DNA of 64,000 bases from positions 186,001-250,000 of the forward strand of contig NW_027590197.1 of assembly GCF_964213995.1 (NCBI RefSeq), given 5' to 3'. This document shows positions 1 to 12,188 of this stretch, one piece after another; the first letter of the stretch is position 1, and every line of letters starts with the position of its first letter. The notes beneath the pieces were generated by a model. That model saw only the letters and a list, made by a program, of their open reading frames with translations, searched no databases and was not told where the DNA came from. This DNA is from Mustelus asterias. Taxonomy: Eukaryota. The translations under genes were made by a program, and so were the position numbers.

Positions 1-19
1 CGTAGTCTGACTGATGGTG

Positions 20-290
20 CCCGCTGCGCAGGCGTGGAGTGGACGCTGTAGGCGAATGGAATGGAGGCGGTGTCGTGGTGTTTGTGAGGAGACATGAGCT
101 CCGGACAGGAGAGGAACAGAGCCGGTGAGTGGACTGGGAAGTTTCATAAACACCTTCTGGAGGATTCACAATCCAAATAAGAAGCTATCAGTTCTACGTT
201 GTCAGTAAGAGACGCTACGACTTTTTTTAATGACAGACCCGGGACACGGCCGCCATCTTGGTGGTAGAAATGCGCATGCGCAGTGACCCT
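20..290. promoter_or_regulatory. CpG-rich promoter-like cassette (NRF1 and YY1 motifs)
   Basis: TGCGCAGGCG at ~26, YY1-type GCCGCCATCTTG at 249-260 and perfect NRF1 palindrome TGCGCATGCGCA at 271-282; the same arrangement recurs near 6.7-7.0, 48.9-49.3 and 63.1-63.4 kb. Confidence 0.55.
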
Positions 291-819
291 GTCTGTAGAA
301 GGTGAGAATCATGAGTGGATTTTAGGACTGAAGAGAGGTAGAAATGTCACGGCTGTTATATTGTTGGAGAGGGTGGAGCAAAATAGAAGGTCAGTGAAAG
401 TAGATCAGGAGAGATTTAACAAATATGTCATGGACACAAGACAACGGAAGTGCTAATGGTAGTGTTAAAGACTAAGGCAGTCTTAATAGTGGCGTAAAGG
501 TCAGTTTGCAGACTGTGTTCATCAACGAATAAAGGTTAATGTTCTCTCAAAGCAAAACATGCGAAGACGTTAGAGACTGGTGCTTGGGCGGGGAGGTAGT
601 GGAGGGAAGGATGAGCTTGAAAAAGTATATATCAAAATGGATTTCCGCTAGGACAAGAGGTATGGCCTTCCTTGGGTAAGGAGACCAAAATTGCACACAC
701 TACTCTAGGTGAGGATTTACCATTGCACTGTAAAATTGTAGTAAGACTTTTTTACTTAATTCCGTATGCACTTAGGAAATATGAGTATGATCAAACAAGT
801 AGCATGGTATTACAAAAGC

Positions 820-935
820 AAAATTGTGCTTGATAAGGTTCTTTGGGTTTTTTGAGGCTGTGACTCATCGGGTAGATGAAGGGCGACCAGTGGGTGTTGT
901 GTACTTGGATTTCAAAAAGACATGAGACAAAAGGC
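820..935 (+). mobile_element. Degenerate CR1 LINE RT fragment
   Basis: Decayed 'FFE.VT..VDEG.PV.VVYLDF.K' coding sequence (gtagatgaagggcgaccagtgggtgttgtgtacttggatttc). Confidence 0.55.
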
Positions 936-1964
936 ATGCTGAAGGTCCACCGTCAATAACTCCAGGAGCCTAGTGCACCAAACTGGGATGGCACTGTGCT
1001 CTGAGCACGCTCAGTGAGGTTGGTGGAGGTGGACTGAGGAGGAACAGGTGGCTCAGATAGTAGGAGCAGATTTTGGTGCAGGGGAGGAATTGGAGCTGTG
1101 GGTCGGCTGGGAAGCTTCAGAAACACGTGATGTATGGAACTCGCAATAAGAATATCAAATTCCTGAGTTTACAGCGCTGGGGCTTTATGGGGACAGGCCC
1201 AGGTTAACAGTTACCATCCTAGTTTGATGACTGGCAGAGCGCATGCACAACTTTCTTGGTGTGGGAGTAGAGAGTGGGTGGGACTTCATGGTCCCAGTGA
1301 TCGGAGAGATAATTATTCACTCATTGATTTTATTCTCATTCTTCACTCAGCAGCTGGAGAATTGAACCCAGGCAGAATAAAGGAAAGGAGAAAACTGGGA
1401 GGAGAAAGGAAATGATGGAGATTGCACTGAAATCCAGTGAATCACATTGGGAGGAGGGACAGTTTGTGGAATGTGATTTACTTTGTGAGTTGTGTCAGCA
1501 ACTTGGAGAACAAGAGAGGAAAAAATATTCCAAAGAAACTAGAGTTGTCAGTTTTGGATTTATGCCTGCACTTTCAGTGAATCATTTGTGTAATGTCCTT
1601 TTACAGGGCATTCACACTGGAGAATTTTCAGACAGGAAATCCAAACCAAACATCACATTGAGATCTGACAGAGTCACTCGATTCATTAGGACCTGAATAT
1701 CTTCGGCCTTTGAATATGGATGGAGAAATGTTTTTCTGTTCTATCTGTGGGAAAAGATTTCAAACATCAGTGTGACTGGAAAAGCACCGACACAGACACA
1801 CCCGAGTGAGAGTGTTCCAGTGAACTGACTGTGAAAAGAGCTTTAACCAGTTACACAGCCTGAAAAAAAATCACACCATTCACAGCGAGGAGAAACGATA
1901 CATGTGTTCTGTGTGTGGATGAGGCCTCAGCTGATCATCCAACCTGGAGAGACACCAGGGCACC

Positions 1965-2723
1965 ATGGAGAAACCGTGGAAATGTGGGGACTGTGGGAAG
2001 GGGTTTAGTTGTCCATCCCACCTAGAAACTCATCGACGCAGTCACACTGGGGAGAGGCCATTCATCTGCTCCAACTGTGGGAAGGGATTCACTCAGCCAT
2101 CCAGCCTTGTGTCACACCAACGAATTCACACTGAGGAGAAACCTTTCAAATGCTTTGACTGTGGGAAAAGCTTTAGGAGCTCTGGGTGTTTAATTCAACA
2201 TCAGGGACTTCACACAGGAGAGAGACCGTTCATCTGCTCCATGTGTGGGAAGAGATTTGCGTCTTCATCGCAACATTCAAAACACCTCCGAGTGCACACG
2301 GGGGAAAGACCATTCACCTGTTCTGAGTGTGGGAAGAGATTCAGGTGTTCATCCAACTTCACTGAACATCTCCGTGTGCACACAGGAGAGAGACCATTCA
2401 CATGCTCTGAGTGTGGGAAGGGATTCACTTGTTCATCCCACCTTGCTGAACACAATCGTGTTCACAGTGGAGAGAAACCATTTGTCTGTTCCACGTGTGG
2501 GAAAGGATTCACTACGTCATCCCAGCATCTGACACACCAGCAGGTTCACACTGGGGAGAGACCGTTCAGCTGCTCCACGTGTGGGAAGAAATTTAGTCGT
2601 TCATCCACCCTGCAGAGACACCAGCGGGTTCACACTGGGGAGAGACCGTTCTCCTGCTCCGAGTGTGGGAAGGGACTCACTCAGTCATCCCACCTGCTGA
2701 GACATCAGCAAATTCACAAGTGA
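1965..2723 (+). CDS. C2H2 zinc-finger protein, 9 tandem fingers (unit 1)
   Basis: Open ORF with 9 CxxC-x12-HxxxH repeats and TGERP linkers; ATG in Kozak context cACCATGG; decayed linker and fingers upstream (~1607-1960). Confidence 0.85.
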   Translation: MEKPWKCGDCGKGFSCPSHLETHRRSHTGERPFICSNCGKGFTQPSSLVSHQRIHTEEKPFKCFDCGKSFRSSGCLIQHQGLHTGERPFICSMCGKRFASSSQHSKHLRVHTGERPFTCSECGKRFRCSSNFTEHLRVHTGERPFTCSECGKGFTCSSHLAEHNRVHSGEKPFVCSTCGKGFTTSSQHLTHQQVHTGERPFSCSTCGKKFSRSSTLQRHQRVHTGERPFSCSECGKGLTQSSHLLRHQQIHK

Positions 2724-2756
2724 TTACAGGGGTTGGATTCTGCTGTTAGTCACCAG

Positions 2757-3615
2757 TAAGAGACACTCTAACTACCGGCCCTTGACATTCAATGGTGTTA
2801 CCATCACTGATTTCCTCACTGTCAACATCCTTGGGGTTACCATTGACCAGAAACTCGCCACATAAACACAATGACTACAAGAGCAGGTCAGAAGCGAGTA
2901 ACTCACCTCCTGACTCCCCAAAGCCTGTCCACCATCTACAAGTCAGGAGTGTGATGGAATGCTCCCCACTTGCCTGTATGGGTGCAGCTCCAACAACACT
3001 CAAGAAGCTCGACACCATCCAGGACAAAGCAGCCCGCTTGATTGGCACCACATCTACCAACATCCACTCTCTCCACCACTGACACTCAGTAGCAGCAGTG
3101 TGTACTATCTACAAGATGCACTGCAGCAATTCACCAAAGATCCTTCGACAGCACCTTCAAAACCCACGACTACTTCCATCTAGAAGGACAAGGGCAGCAG
3201 ATGCATGGGAACACCCCCACCTGCAAGTTCCCCTCCCAGTCACTCACCATCCTGACTTGGAAATATAATCGCCGTTCCTTCGCAGTCACTGGGTCAAAAC
3301 CGTGGAATTCCCTCCATAACGGCATTGTGGGTCAACCCACAATAGGTGGATTGGCTATGCTAAATCACCCCTTAGTGTCAGGGGGATTAGCAGGGTTATG
3401 GGAATAGGGCCTGGGTGGGATTGTTGTTGGAACAGACACGATGGGCCGAATGGACGCCTTCTGTATTGTAGGAATTCTATGATTCTATGAATCCATAGCA
3501 TGTGGACTACAGTGATTCAAGAAGGCAGCGCAGCTCCACCTTCTCAAGGCAAATACGAATTGGGCAATAAATGCTGCCCAGCCAGTGATGCCCATGTGCC
3601 ACGAATGAATTTTAA
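2757..3615 (+). mobile_element. Non-LTR retrotransposon (CR1/L2-group) 3' fragment interrupted by a SINE piece at ~3343-3488
   Basis: Translates to QVRSVMECSPLACMGAAPTTLKKLDTIQDKAARLIG, typical of post-RT LINE ORF2. Confidence 0.65.
3343..3488 (+). mobile_element. HE1-like SINE, 3' half
   Basis: ggattggctatgctaaat...gggcctgggtgggattg...gggccgaatgg...gattctatga matches the 3' half of the full copy at 38225-38564. Confidence 0.7.
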
Positions 3616-3779
3616 AAATCAGACCCAGGACTGAACTATGTTCAATCTGACTGAATTCTGAGTTTCTGAACATTGGGTTTGGTGTCCAATGAATCACTTT
3701 TGTTTCCATCATTTTATCCCAACTCCTTGATTTCTCCAAGATGAGAGGAGACTAATTCATCTCCTGTTACTGGGATAGA

Positions 3780-4425
3780 AAGCTGACAAATCCCCTGGAT
3801 CATACGGTCTGCATTCCAGGATCTGGGAAGAGGTGACTGCACTGATACTCGAAGCACTGCCAGTGATTTTCCAAAATTCTCTAGATTCTGCAGTGGTACC
3901 AATGGATTGGAAAGTGGAAAATGTAATCCCAATAATAAAAGCAGGAGAAAGGAAACAGGGGATGACAGGCTATTTAGCCTGACATCAGTCATCAGGAAAA
4001 TATTGGCATCTATCATGAAGGAAGTGGTAAAAATACAATTAGAAAAGTAGAACATGATTGGACAAAGTTAACATTGGTTTATGAAAGAATTTGACAAATC
4101 CAGTAGGATTTGTTGAGGATGTAACTAACAGGTTAGATAAAGGGGAACCAGAGAATATTGTATGATTGAATTTCTAAAAGCTATTTGATAAGGTGCCGTA
4201 CACAAGGTTGTTGCACAGGATAAGGGCTCAGGTCACTGGGGGAAATATTAGCATTGGTAAAGGAGTTGTTAAAGGACAAAGAGAAGGGATTGATGTGTCA
4301 TTTTCAGGTCGGCAGGCTCTTATTATGGGGACAGCACAAGAAGCAGGACAGGAGTTTATTAACAATCCATATTCATGACTTATTTCAAGAGACCAAGTCC
4401 AATGTGTTGAAGTTTCCCGATGGGA
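3780..4425 (+). mobile_element. Highly degenerate CR1 LINE ORF2 fragment
   Basis: Remnants of KSPG.D..HPR, RP.SLTSV, Q.GF, KAFDKVP motifs with stops and frameshifts. Confidence 0.6.
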
Positions 4426-5699
4426 GACTGTCTCAGGGCAAACAACATCAAGGTGGTCAATACAAATGATACACGGACCCCGTAAAATATATCCTCACAA
4501 TCTTCTGCACTGCGGACCATCTCTCTGGAGAAAACACTGTGGTGACCGGCATGTGTGGAGGCAGCACTGAAATTTGGTTCAGTTTCAAGGACCATCATCA
4601 CCAAACTCTCAACATCCGAGGTATCGAGAGGAAGATCAGAAGTGGAGCGGTGGCAGAGCAAGACCAGAGGTGGAGCAGCAGCAGAGGAAGACCAGAGGTA
4701 GATTGGCTGCAGAGTTCACCCCCCGCCCCCACCCCACGCCACGAGCACTATAAAACAACATCATAAACTGCCAGTTCTACGGATGTCCATGTTGATCCCA
4801 CGTCTGTCAGTAGAGGATCCACAGAAAACAATAAAATCATTGACAGCTTCGACACACTCAAACCAGGAGGAGTCTACCCCAACATTCTCCCTGTTCTCTG
4901 AATGGGGTAACTGTACACTGTAGTTAATAAAGTCAGTAAAAGACAATCTGTTGTTGAGAGCTTGATTATCTGGTGTCTGAAACCACAAGATTCAATATTT
5001 AGAGTCAACAAGATGAACAAGGAAACAGATCAGGGCCCAATACTCCAGCTGGATATTCACAGGAGAAAGTCTGTTATCTAACACCTCGAGTGGACAGAAC
5101 AGAGAAAGATCCCAACTGAAAGAAATCCTCCAACTATTTGTGAATATCTTTCAAATGCTGACAGGTTTCAATTCACAGTTTCCATTATGCTGAATCAATG
5201 GAAGCTGAGAGAGCGGTTATCCTGGAACTATTAAAAAAACTAACTAGAGTACTCAGCATCTCAAAGGGACTGCAGAGTATTTCAAACTGTGTCGTCATGC
5301 TGTAGTTCACGACCTTGATTTGCGGAAATAGAATTCGGACTGGATATTTTGGAATGTTGGAGAGACATTGATCTAACAATCGTGAAATAACATAGCTCAT
5401 GAGGAGACACATCATGTCAATGCCAGCTTATTTTCAAAGAATTATGCAATTAGTCCCAATATTGTTCCCCTTCATAAAAACACGCATATTTCTCCTTTCA
5501 ATTCTCTTTTTGAAAAATCTGAGTTAACAAAAAACAATATCGGAAGAGTTGCAGAAGCCTCTGCAGTATTCATGGACATTTTTAAAATTAACAAGTTTCT
5601 TGACCCAATAACATGAACAGTCAGGTGGGGATTTTCTCCCAAAAATTTTGGAAGAAAAACTATTCAATTATGCAGTTGATTTCATAGCATTTCAAGGAT

Positions 5700-6003
5700 C
5701 ATAGAATCCTACAGAGCAGAAGAAGCCCATTCAGCCCATCGAGTCTGCACTGACCACAATCCCGCACTGACCACAATCCCACCCAGACCCTATCCCCGTA
5801 ACCCCATGCATTTACCCTAGCTAGTTCCCCTGGCAATTTTTAGCATAGCCAATCCACCTAACCCGCACATCTTTGGATTGTGGAAGGAAACCCATGCAGA
5901 TACGGGGAGAATGTACAGACTCCACACAGATCGTGACCCAAGCCGGGAATCGAACCCGGTTCCCTGGCGCTGTGAGACAGCAGTGCTAGCCACCCTGCCG
6001 CCC
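5700..6003 (-). mobile_element. HE1-like tRNA-derived SINE
   Basis: Reverse complement of the 38225-38564 element, including B-box GGTTCGATTCC. Confidence 0.8.
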
Positions 6004-6311
6004 CTCAATGTTGGTCTTGGAAACAGGGCAATGCTGACCCAGCAGAATGTCAGTTCTGGAATGTAAGTGGTCAGTTACCCTATTGACAGCAGCACAGTCA
6101 CACCAGAAAGAGACCATTCAGGTACATTATGTGTGCAAATGGATTTATTCAGTTTCCCCTCCTATTAACATACAAGCTTTAAAAGTTCGAAGGAATTGAT
6201 CAACCATGAGTTCATTCTTATTGTCAAGTCCGTGTGTGTGTGTGTGGAGAGGGGGTGGATGGTAAATCAATCAGTTTGTTACACCAGCTGACAGTCCAAG
6301 GAGTTCATCTT

Positions 6312-6495
6312 GATGTGCGGGTTAGGTTGATTGACCAAGTTAAAAATTGCCCCTTAGAATCCTGAGATGCATAGGTTAGAGGGATTAGCGGGTAAAATAT
6401 GTGGGGGTAGGGCCTGGGTGGGATTGTGGTCGGTGCAGACTCGATGGGCCGAATGGCCTCCTTCTGCACTGTAGGGTTTCTATGATTTCTATGAT
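6312..6495 (+). mobile_element. HE1-like SINE, 5'-truncated
   Basis: Near-identical to ~38384-38564, ending in a (TTCTATGA)n tail. Confidence 0.8.
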
Positions 6496-6719
6496 CTTCA
6501 GGTGTGGACGTTTGTTCCGCGATTAATTAAACTCAGGACAGAACTGTGGTGCCTGTTGACATTAGCTGCTGTATTAGTTATTTTCATTTTATACCTTGGT
6601 GCTTTGGCTTCAGTTGTAATTGAATCACAAAACATAATTTTTTTAAAGCAATAACATACCTCAATGGTGGCTATCTTACCCAGCATTCACAGTGAATCGG
6701 AATATGATCTATCCTTACA

Positions 6720-7030
6720 ACAGACCTTGCGCATGCGTACTGTAGATCCAAAGTGCATGCGCAGTGGATGTTGCTCCCGCAGTAGCAGGAGGGCGGTTAT
6801 ATCGGCTCCGGGTTTCCAGGGAAACGGCTTATTATGGAGGGTAATGCAGGCGGCGGGGTGGATGGGGAGACTTCATAAGCACCCAGTGGAGACAGGAGAA
6901 CCCGAATAATAACTGCTCAGTGCCGCGTTCCAACCATTCGGGGCCGCGACCGCAGATGCCGAGTTGGAGGCCCCGAGTTGACGGAGGCCATCTTTCTCGG
7001 GGCGATGGGCAATAGTGCGCATGCGCGGTT
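6720..7030. promoter_or_regulatory. CpG-rich promoter-like cassette
   Basis: TGCGCATGCGTA (~6728), GTGCATGCGCA (~6752), GCCATCTTT (~6987), TGCGCATGCGCG (~7016); locally CpG-rich. Confidence 0.55.
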
Positions 7031-7039
7031 CTCCCTGTC

Positions 7040-7350
7040 AGCAGGAGGAGAGAATGTTGTGAATTTCTCTCCTGGACTGACAGGGATGGACTTTGGAAAC
7101 TCCTTTTACAGGGAGTTAGAAGGGGAGGATTTACACACAGAAAACTCAACCCAAGAGAAATGTTTCTCACTTAATTTCTATTCTTGACTGACAGTGATGA
7201 TCTTTTTTTACAGGAAATTTGACGACAAAATTTGAAGGGAAACTCAAACCAGACATCAGATCAAAACCTGCCAGAGTCACTCCATTCATCAGAACCTGAT
7301 TGTAAGTGTGTCTGTAGAAAAAGATTCAAACATCTGTGTGACTGGAAATA
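7040..7350 (+). pseudogene. Orphan ZNF-cassette 5' part (two acceptor blocks and decayed linker, no finger array)
   Basis: ctccttttacagg...ggatttacacacagaaaactcaa, then ttttacagg...aactcaaaccagacatca...gtgtgactggaa, homologous to the start of units 1, 9 and 10, then truncated. Confidence 0.55.
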
Positions 7351-7439
7351 GGAAACAATAATGTCATGGAAGGATTTGCAAAAAAAGATGCAATGTTTTA
7401 AATTGAGTTGTTTAACCGGGAGCCTGTGTGGGTCAGTGT

Positions 7440-7690
7440 TTTAAACTTTATTTATTAGTGTCACAAGTAGGCTTAGCCTATATTAACACTGCAAGTTCCT
7501 GTAAAATTCCTCTAGTTGTCACACTCCGGCACTTGTTCGGGTCAATGCACCTAACCAGCAAGCCTTTCTGACTGTGGGAGGAAAACCATGCAGACATGGG
7601 GAGAACGTGCAGACTCCACACACACAGTCACCCAAGCCATGAATTGAACCCACTGTGAGGCAGCAGTGCTAACCACTGCAGCCCCATGGT
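7440..7690 (-). mobile_element. tRNA-derived SINE (HE1-related head, different tail)
   Basis: Reverse complement of gtggttagcactgctgcctcacag...gtcactgtctgtgtggagt; tail ending ctaataaataaa. Confidence 0.65.
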
Positions 7691-8391
7691 GAGGACATGG
7701 TGATAGGTGAGTGTGTGGGACTTGATGCAGAGGACAGGGGTTTATATACACCAAAGTTTTTCATGGGTTAAATGAGGGACGCTGACAGTCAAGTCTAAAG
7801 AAAATAAAGGAATGAATGAAAGTTCTAGAAACCTCAGCTGAGACAGGGATTTAGCGAAACTCAAGTTGGTAATGAATAGATGAGGCTGTCCAGTCAAGTC
7901 AGGAGGGAATGCATGAAATTTTCAGAAACAACACTAAGACAGGGCCAGTGTGAGCCATGTTAGGGGGATATGTTATCTACAGGAGGGGCGGAAGGTAACT
8001 TATTCCACATTGATTTCTCATCTCACATCTGTCTGTGACCAGAAAGATGTTTTTGATTTGATTCGTCCTTTATAAGCAGTGGCATACGACCCAATACTTC
8101 AAGGCTTACTCCTGCTCGTAATTCATACATCCGTATGTATGTTCACTAATGTCCTTTAGGGAAGGAAATGGGTACGATGGCTATAGAGGGATATGGGCCA
8201 AATGCGGGCAATTGGGACTAGCTTAGGGGTTTAAAAAAAGGGGTGGCATGGACAAGTTGGGCCGAAGGGCCTGTTTCCATGCTGTAAACCTCTATGACTC
8301 TAAGTGAGAATTAACTTTAGTTTACTCACAGACACTCCAAATGTGGAAACTCAATGTTGCGCCATTTGATTTGATTTATTATTGTCACACA

Positions 8392-8690
8392 AAGTTTATT
8401 TATTAGTTACAAGTAGGCTTACATTCAGACTGCGATGAAGGTCCTGTGAAAATCCCCTCGTCGCCACACTCTAGCACCTGTTCAGAGGGAGAATTGAGGG
8501 AGAATTTTAGCATGGCCAATTAACCTAACCTGCACATCTTTGGAGTGTGGGAGGAAACCGGAGCACCCGGAAGAAACCCACGCAGACACAGGGAGAACAT
8601 GCAAACTCCACACAGACAGTGAGCCAAGCCGGGAATCGAATCTGGGTCCCTGGTGCTGTGAGGCAGCAGTGCTAACCACTGTGCCACCAT
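8392..8690 (-). mobile_element. tRNA-derived SINE (HE1-related head)
   Basis: Minus strand GGTGGCACAGTGGTTAGCACTGCTGCCTCACAGC...TTCGATTCCCGG. Confidence 0.75.
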
Positions 8691-8699
8691 GTAATAGTA

Positions 8700-9945
8700 T
8701 GAAGTGAAAAGTATTGTTTCTTGCACGCCATACAGATAAAGCATACCGTAGATAGAGAACGAAAGGAGAGTGTGCAGAATGTTGTGTTACAGTCAGAGCT
8801 AGGGTGTAGAGAAAGATAAACTTAAAGGAGGTCCATTCAAAAGTTTGATGGCAGCAGGGGCGAAGCTGTTCTTGAGTCGATTGGTACGGGACCTCAGACT
8901 TTTGTATCTTTTTCCCGAGGGAAGAAGTTGGAAGAGAGAATGTCTGGGATGTGTGGGGTTCATTGATTATACTGGCTGCTTTTCCGAGGTCGCGGTAAGT
9001 GTAGACAGAGTCAAGGGGTGGGAGGCTGGTTTGCGTGATGGACTAGGCTTCAGTCATGACCCATTGTAGTTTCTTGTGTTCTTGGATAGAGCAGGAGCCA
9101 CGCCAAGCTGTGATACAACCAGAAAGAATGCTTTCTATGGTGTATCTATAAAAGTTGGTGAAAATCGTCACGGACATGCCAAATTTCCTTAGCCTCCTGA
9201 GAAAGCAGAGGCATTGGTGGGCTTTCTTAGTTGTAGCATTGGCATGGAGGGACCAGGACAGGTTGTTGGTATCTGGTCACCTAGAAACTCAGCTCTCGAC
9301 CATTTCCACTTCATCTCTGTTGATGTAGACAGGGGCATGTCCCCAACTACGCTTCCTGAAGGCGATGACTATCTCCTTCATTTTGTTGACATTGAGGGAG
9401 AGATTATTGTCACCGCACCAGTTCACCAGATTCTCTATCTCATTCCTGTTCTCTGTCTCATCATTGTTTGAGATCCGACCCACTGCGGTGGTGTCATCAG
9501 CAATCATGAAAATCAAGTTGGGGGGGAATTTGGCCACTCAGCCATAGGTGTATAAGGAGTATAGTAAGGGGCTGAGGACACAGCCTTGTTGGGCACCAGT
9601 GTTGAGGATGATCGTGGAGGAGGTGTTGTTGCCTATTCTTACTGATCTGAGTGTTAGGAAGTCTTGGACCCAGTCGTAGAGAGGAGCTAAGGCCAGGCCA
9701 CGGAATTTGGAGATGTGTTTCGTAGGAATAATGGTGTTGAAGGCTGAGCTGTAGTCAATAAATAGGAGTCTGAAATGGGTGCTTTGTTATCTTGGTGGTT
9801 CCAGGGTTGAGTGCAGGGTCAGGGAGATGGTGTCTGCTGTGGACCTGTTGCGGCGGTAGTGAACTGTAGTGGATCCAGGCAGTCTGGGAGACCGGACTGA
9901 TTTGTGCCATGACTAACCTTTCGAAGCACTTCGTAATGATGGATG
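8700..9945 (-). mobile_element. Degenerate Rex1/Babar-like LINE, RT C-terminus to 3' end
   Basis: ORF 9289-9537 ADDTTAVGRISNNDETE.RNEIENLVNWC..NNLSLNVNKMKEIVIAFRK resembles the Rex1-type RT signature. Confidence 0.7.
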
Positions 9946-10254
9946 CATTAATACATAGAAGATGGACAGAGAAAGGAAAGATTTACAGTGCAGAGATCAC
10001 AGAGAACAATTGTGTTTCACATGATCCAGAATCAAAATGTCGCTTCTGGGAGAATGAGGTGTGAGTTTCTTTGTGTCTCCCAGATTGCTCCATTTGTTCA
10101 GGGGTCAGAAACACTCTCAGATTCAGCTATTTCTCCCATTTTAATAATTTTAGAAATAGCTATGAGGATATCAATACATGTTTTCAAAGAAGTATGCAGT
10201 GTGTGGTCCCAGCCCCCTCACCGATGGAAACCCATTCTTGGAGATGGAACAGGT

Positions 10255-10560
10255 GTGTGGTTGGAAGGGCATCGGGGGTGGGGGGTGAGACCCAGAGTAA
10301 TGTTCTGGGAACTGAGGTTCAAATCCTGCCATGGCAGGTGGTGGAATTTACATTGAATACAAGTTTGAATTTGAAAGGCTAATGATGAGCAAAAAAATCA
10401 TTATTGATTATCATAAAAGCCCATTGGGTTCACTGGTGCTGTTTAGGGAAAAACAAATCTGCCATCTTCACCTGGTCTGGCCTACATGTATCTCCAGATC
10501 TGCAATGTGGTTGAATCTTAAATTCCCTCTGATATGGCACAGCAAGCCTCTCAGTTATAC
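10255..10560 (+). mobile_element. Second tRNA-derived SINE family (related copies ~12750-12835, ~15400-15680, ~45305-45610)
   Basis: acccagagtaatgttctgggga..ggttcaaatcc..ccatggcag.tggtggaattt repeated at four places, with a B-box-like GGTTCRAATCC. Confidence 0.55.
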
Positions 10561-11336
10561 CCAACTGGTACAAAGTTACTAAAAAGGTATGGAAATGGGC
10601 AGACCAGGCATGGGCCTTGACACGGGAAACGGCCTTGTCGACCCTGCAAAGTCAGATTTAGAAAATAAATATTTGAAGCTGGTTGTAAACAGCCTGCTTC
10701 AGCACCAGAGTGGGATGCTGTCAGTGTCCACGGGGTGGAGTTTGTAGCACGGACTGAAGACAATCGTTTCATGTTTCTCACTCTTTAAATGGAGGAAACT
10801 TCTCCGAATCCAGGACAGGATCTCAGTCCAGTCGCGATGCTGTGTGACTTTGAGGTGATGATGTTCACATTCACCTGTGAACCTGGTCTTTCTAAATGGT
10901 GGAGGTTGAGGGTTTGGGAGTTTCTATCTGGTTGTAGATGTATCCACTCCTTCACCTCTTCTCCTCCCACATCTCTTAATCCCGCCCATCCGCTGCCTCT
11001 TCACATTGAAGCTCTGGTCTTGTATAGGTTCAGACTGGCTCAAAGGTTCCCTTCCCTGAAGGACATTAGTGAACCAGTTGGGTTTTTATGACAATCCATC
11101 AGTTTTCTTGGTCTCTTTTTCCCAGTGCCGGCCCCACAAATTACCAGATTCATTCAGCTCCATTTCACAACCTGCCTTGGTGATTTTGTGGGTTTTCTCT
11201 CACTCTCTTTTCTTTTTTAAATCAATTTCACAGCATATTCAAAGGTGAGGATTTGCAGTCAGAAAACTGAAACCAAACATCACATCAGGATCAGACAGAG
11301 TCGCCCAATTTATCGTAATATGCGTATCATTGGATT

Positions 11337-12188
11337 TTGAACATGGAAGGAAAAAGCACCGCTCACAGTGGGGAGAAACTGTACACGTGTTCCGTGTGTG
11401 GACGAGGATTCAGCCGTTTATCTGGCCTGTCAAAACATAAATGCAGTCACGGTGGGGAGAAATTGTGGAAATGTGAGTGTTGTGGCAAGGGATTCAGTTC
11501 CCCATCAGAGCTGGAAATTCATCGACGGTGTCACACTGGGGAGAGACCGTTCACCTGCTCCGAGTGTGGGAAAGGATTCACTCAGTTGTCCCACCTGGTG
11601 AGACACCAGCGAATTCACACTGGGGAGAGACCTTTCACCTGCTCTGTGTGCAAGGTGGGATTCACTCAGTCAGCCCACCTGGTGTCACACCAGCGAGTTC
11701 ACACGGGAGAGAGACCATTCACCTGCTCCGAGTGCAAAATGGGATTCACTCAGTCAACCCACCTGGTGACACACCAGCGAGTTCACACTGGGGAGAGACC
11801 ATTCACCTGCTCCGAGTGTGGGAAGAAATTCAGCCGGTCGTTTCACCTTCTGATTCACCAGCGAATTCACTCTGGAGAGAGACCATTCACCTGCTCTGAG
11901 TGTGAGAAGGCATTCATTACATCAACAGAACTGTTGACACACCAGCGGATTCACACTGAGGATAACCCGTTCACCTGCTCCAAATGTGGGAAGGAATTCG
12001 CTAACTCTTCGAACCTGATCTGCCATCAACGGATTCACACTGACGAGAGACCCTTTAAATGCCCAGACTGTGGAAAGTGCTTTAAAAGTTTTGGGAACTT
12101 GATGACCCATCAACGGGTTCACACTCGAGTCCGTTCAGATGCTTTCACTGTGGGACTGAGTTCAGACAATCATCTCCTCTCACTGTAA
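11337..12188 (+). CDS. C2H2 zinc-finger protein, 9 fingers, frameshifted decayed fingers downstream to ~12280 (unit 2)
   Basis: ORF track; likely start ATG GAA GGA at 11343; further finger sequence continues out of frame. Confidence 0.8.
   Translation: MNMEGKSTAHSGEKLYTCSVCGRGFSRLSGLSKHKCSHGGEKLWKCECCGKGFSSPSELEIHRRCHTGERPFTCSECGKGFTQLSHLVRHQRIHTGERPFTCSVCKVGFTQSAHLVSHQRVHTGERPFTCSECKMGFTQSTHLVTHQRVHTGERPFTCSECGKKFSRSFHLLIHQRIHSGERPFTCSECEKAFITSTELLTHQRIHTEDNPFTCSKCGKEFANSSNLICHQRIHTDERPFKCPDCGKCFKSFGNLMTHQRVHTRVRSDAFTVGLSSDNHLLSL

Noticed and set aside
1773-1775. Selenocysteine recoding of the shared TGA
   Set aside because: It is not a Cys position, nearby stops and frameshifts also interrupt the frame, and no SECIS was recognised
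4440-5420. Possible coding exons in unassigned sequence (short ORFs 4539-4766, 5185-5415)
   Set aside because: No recognisable domain or convincing splice structure; cannot be supported without a search
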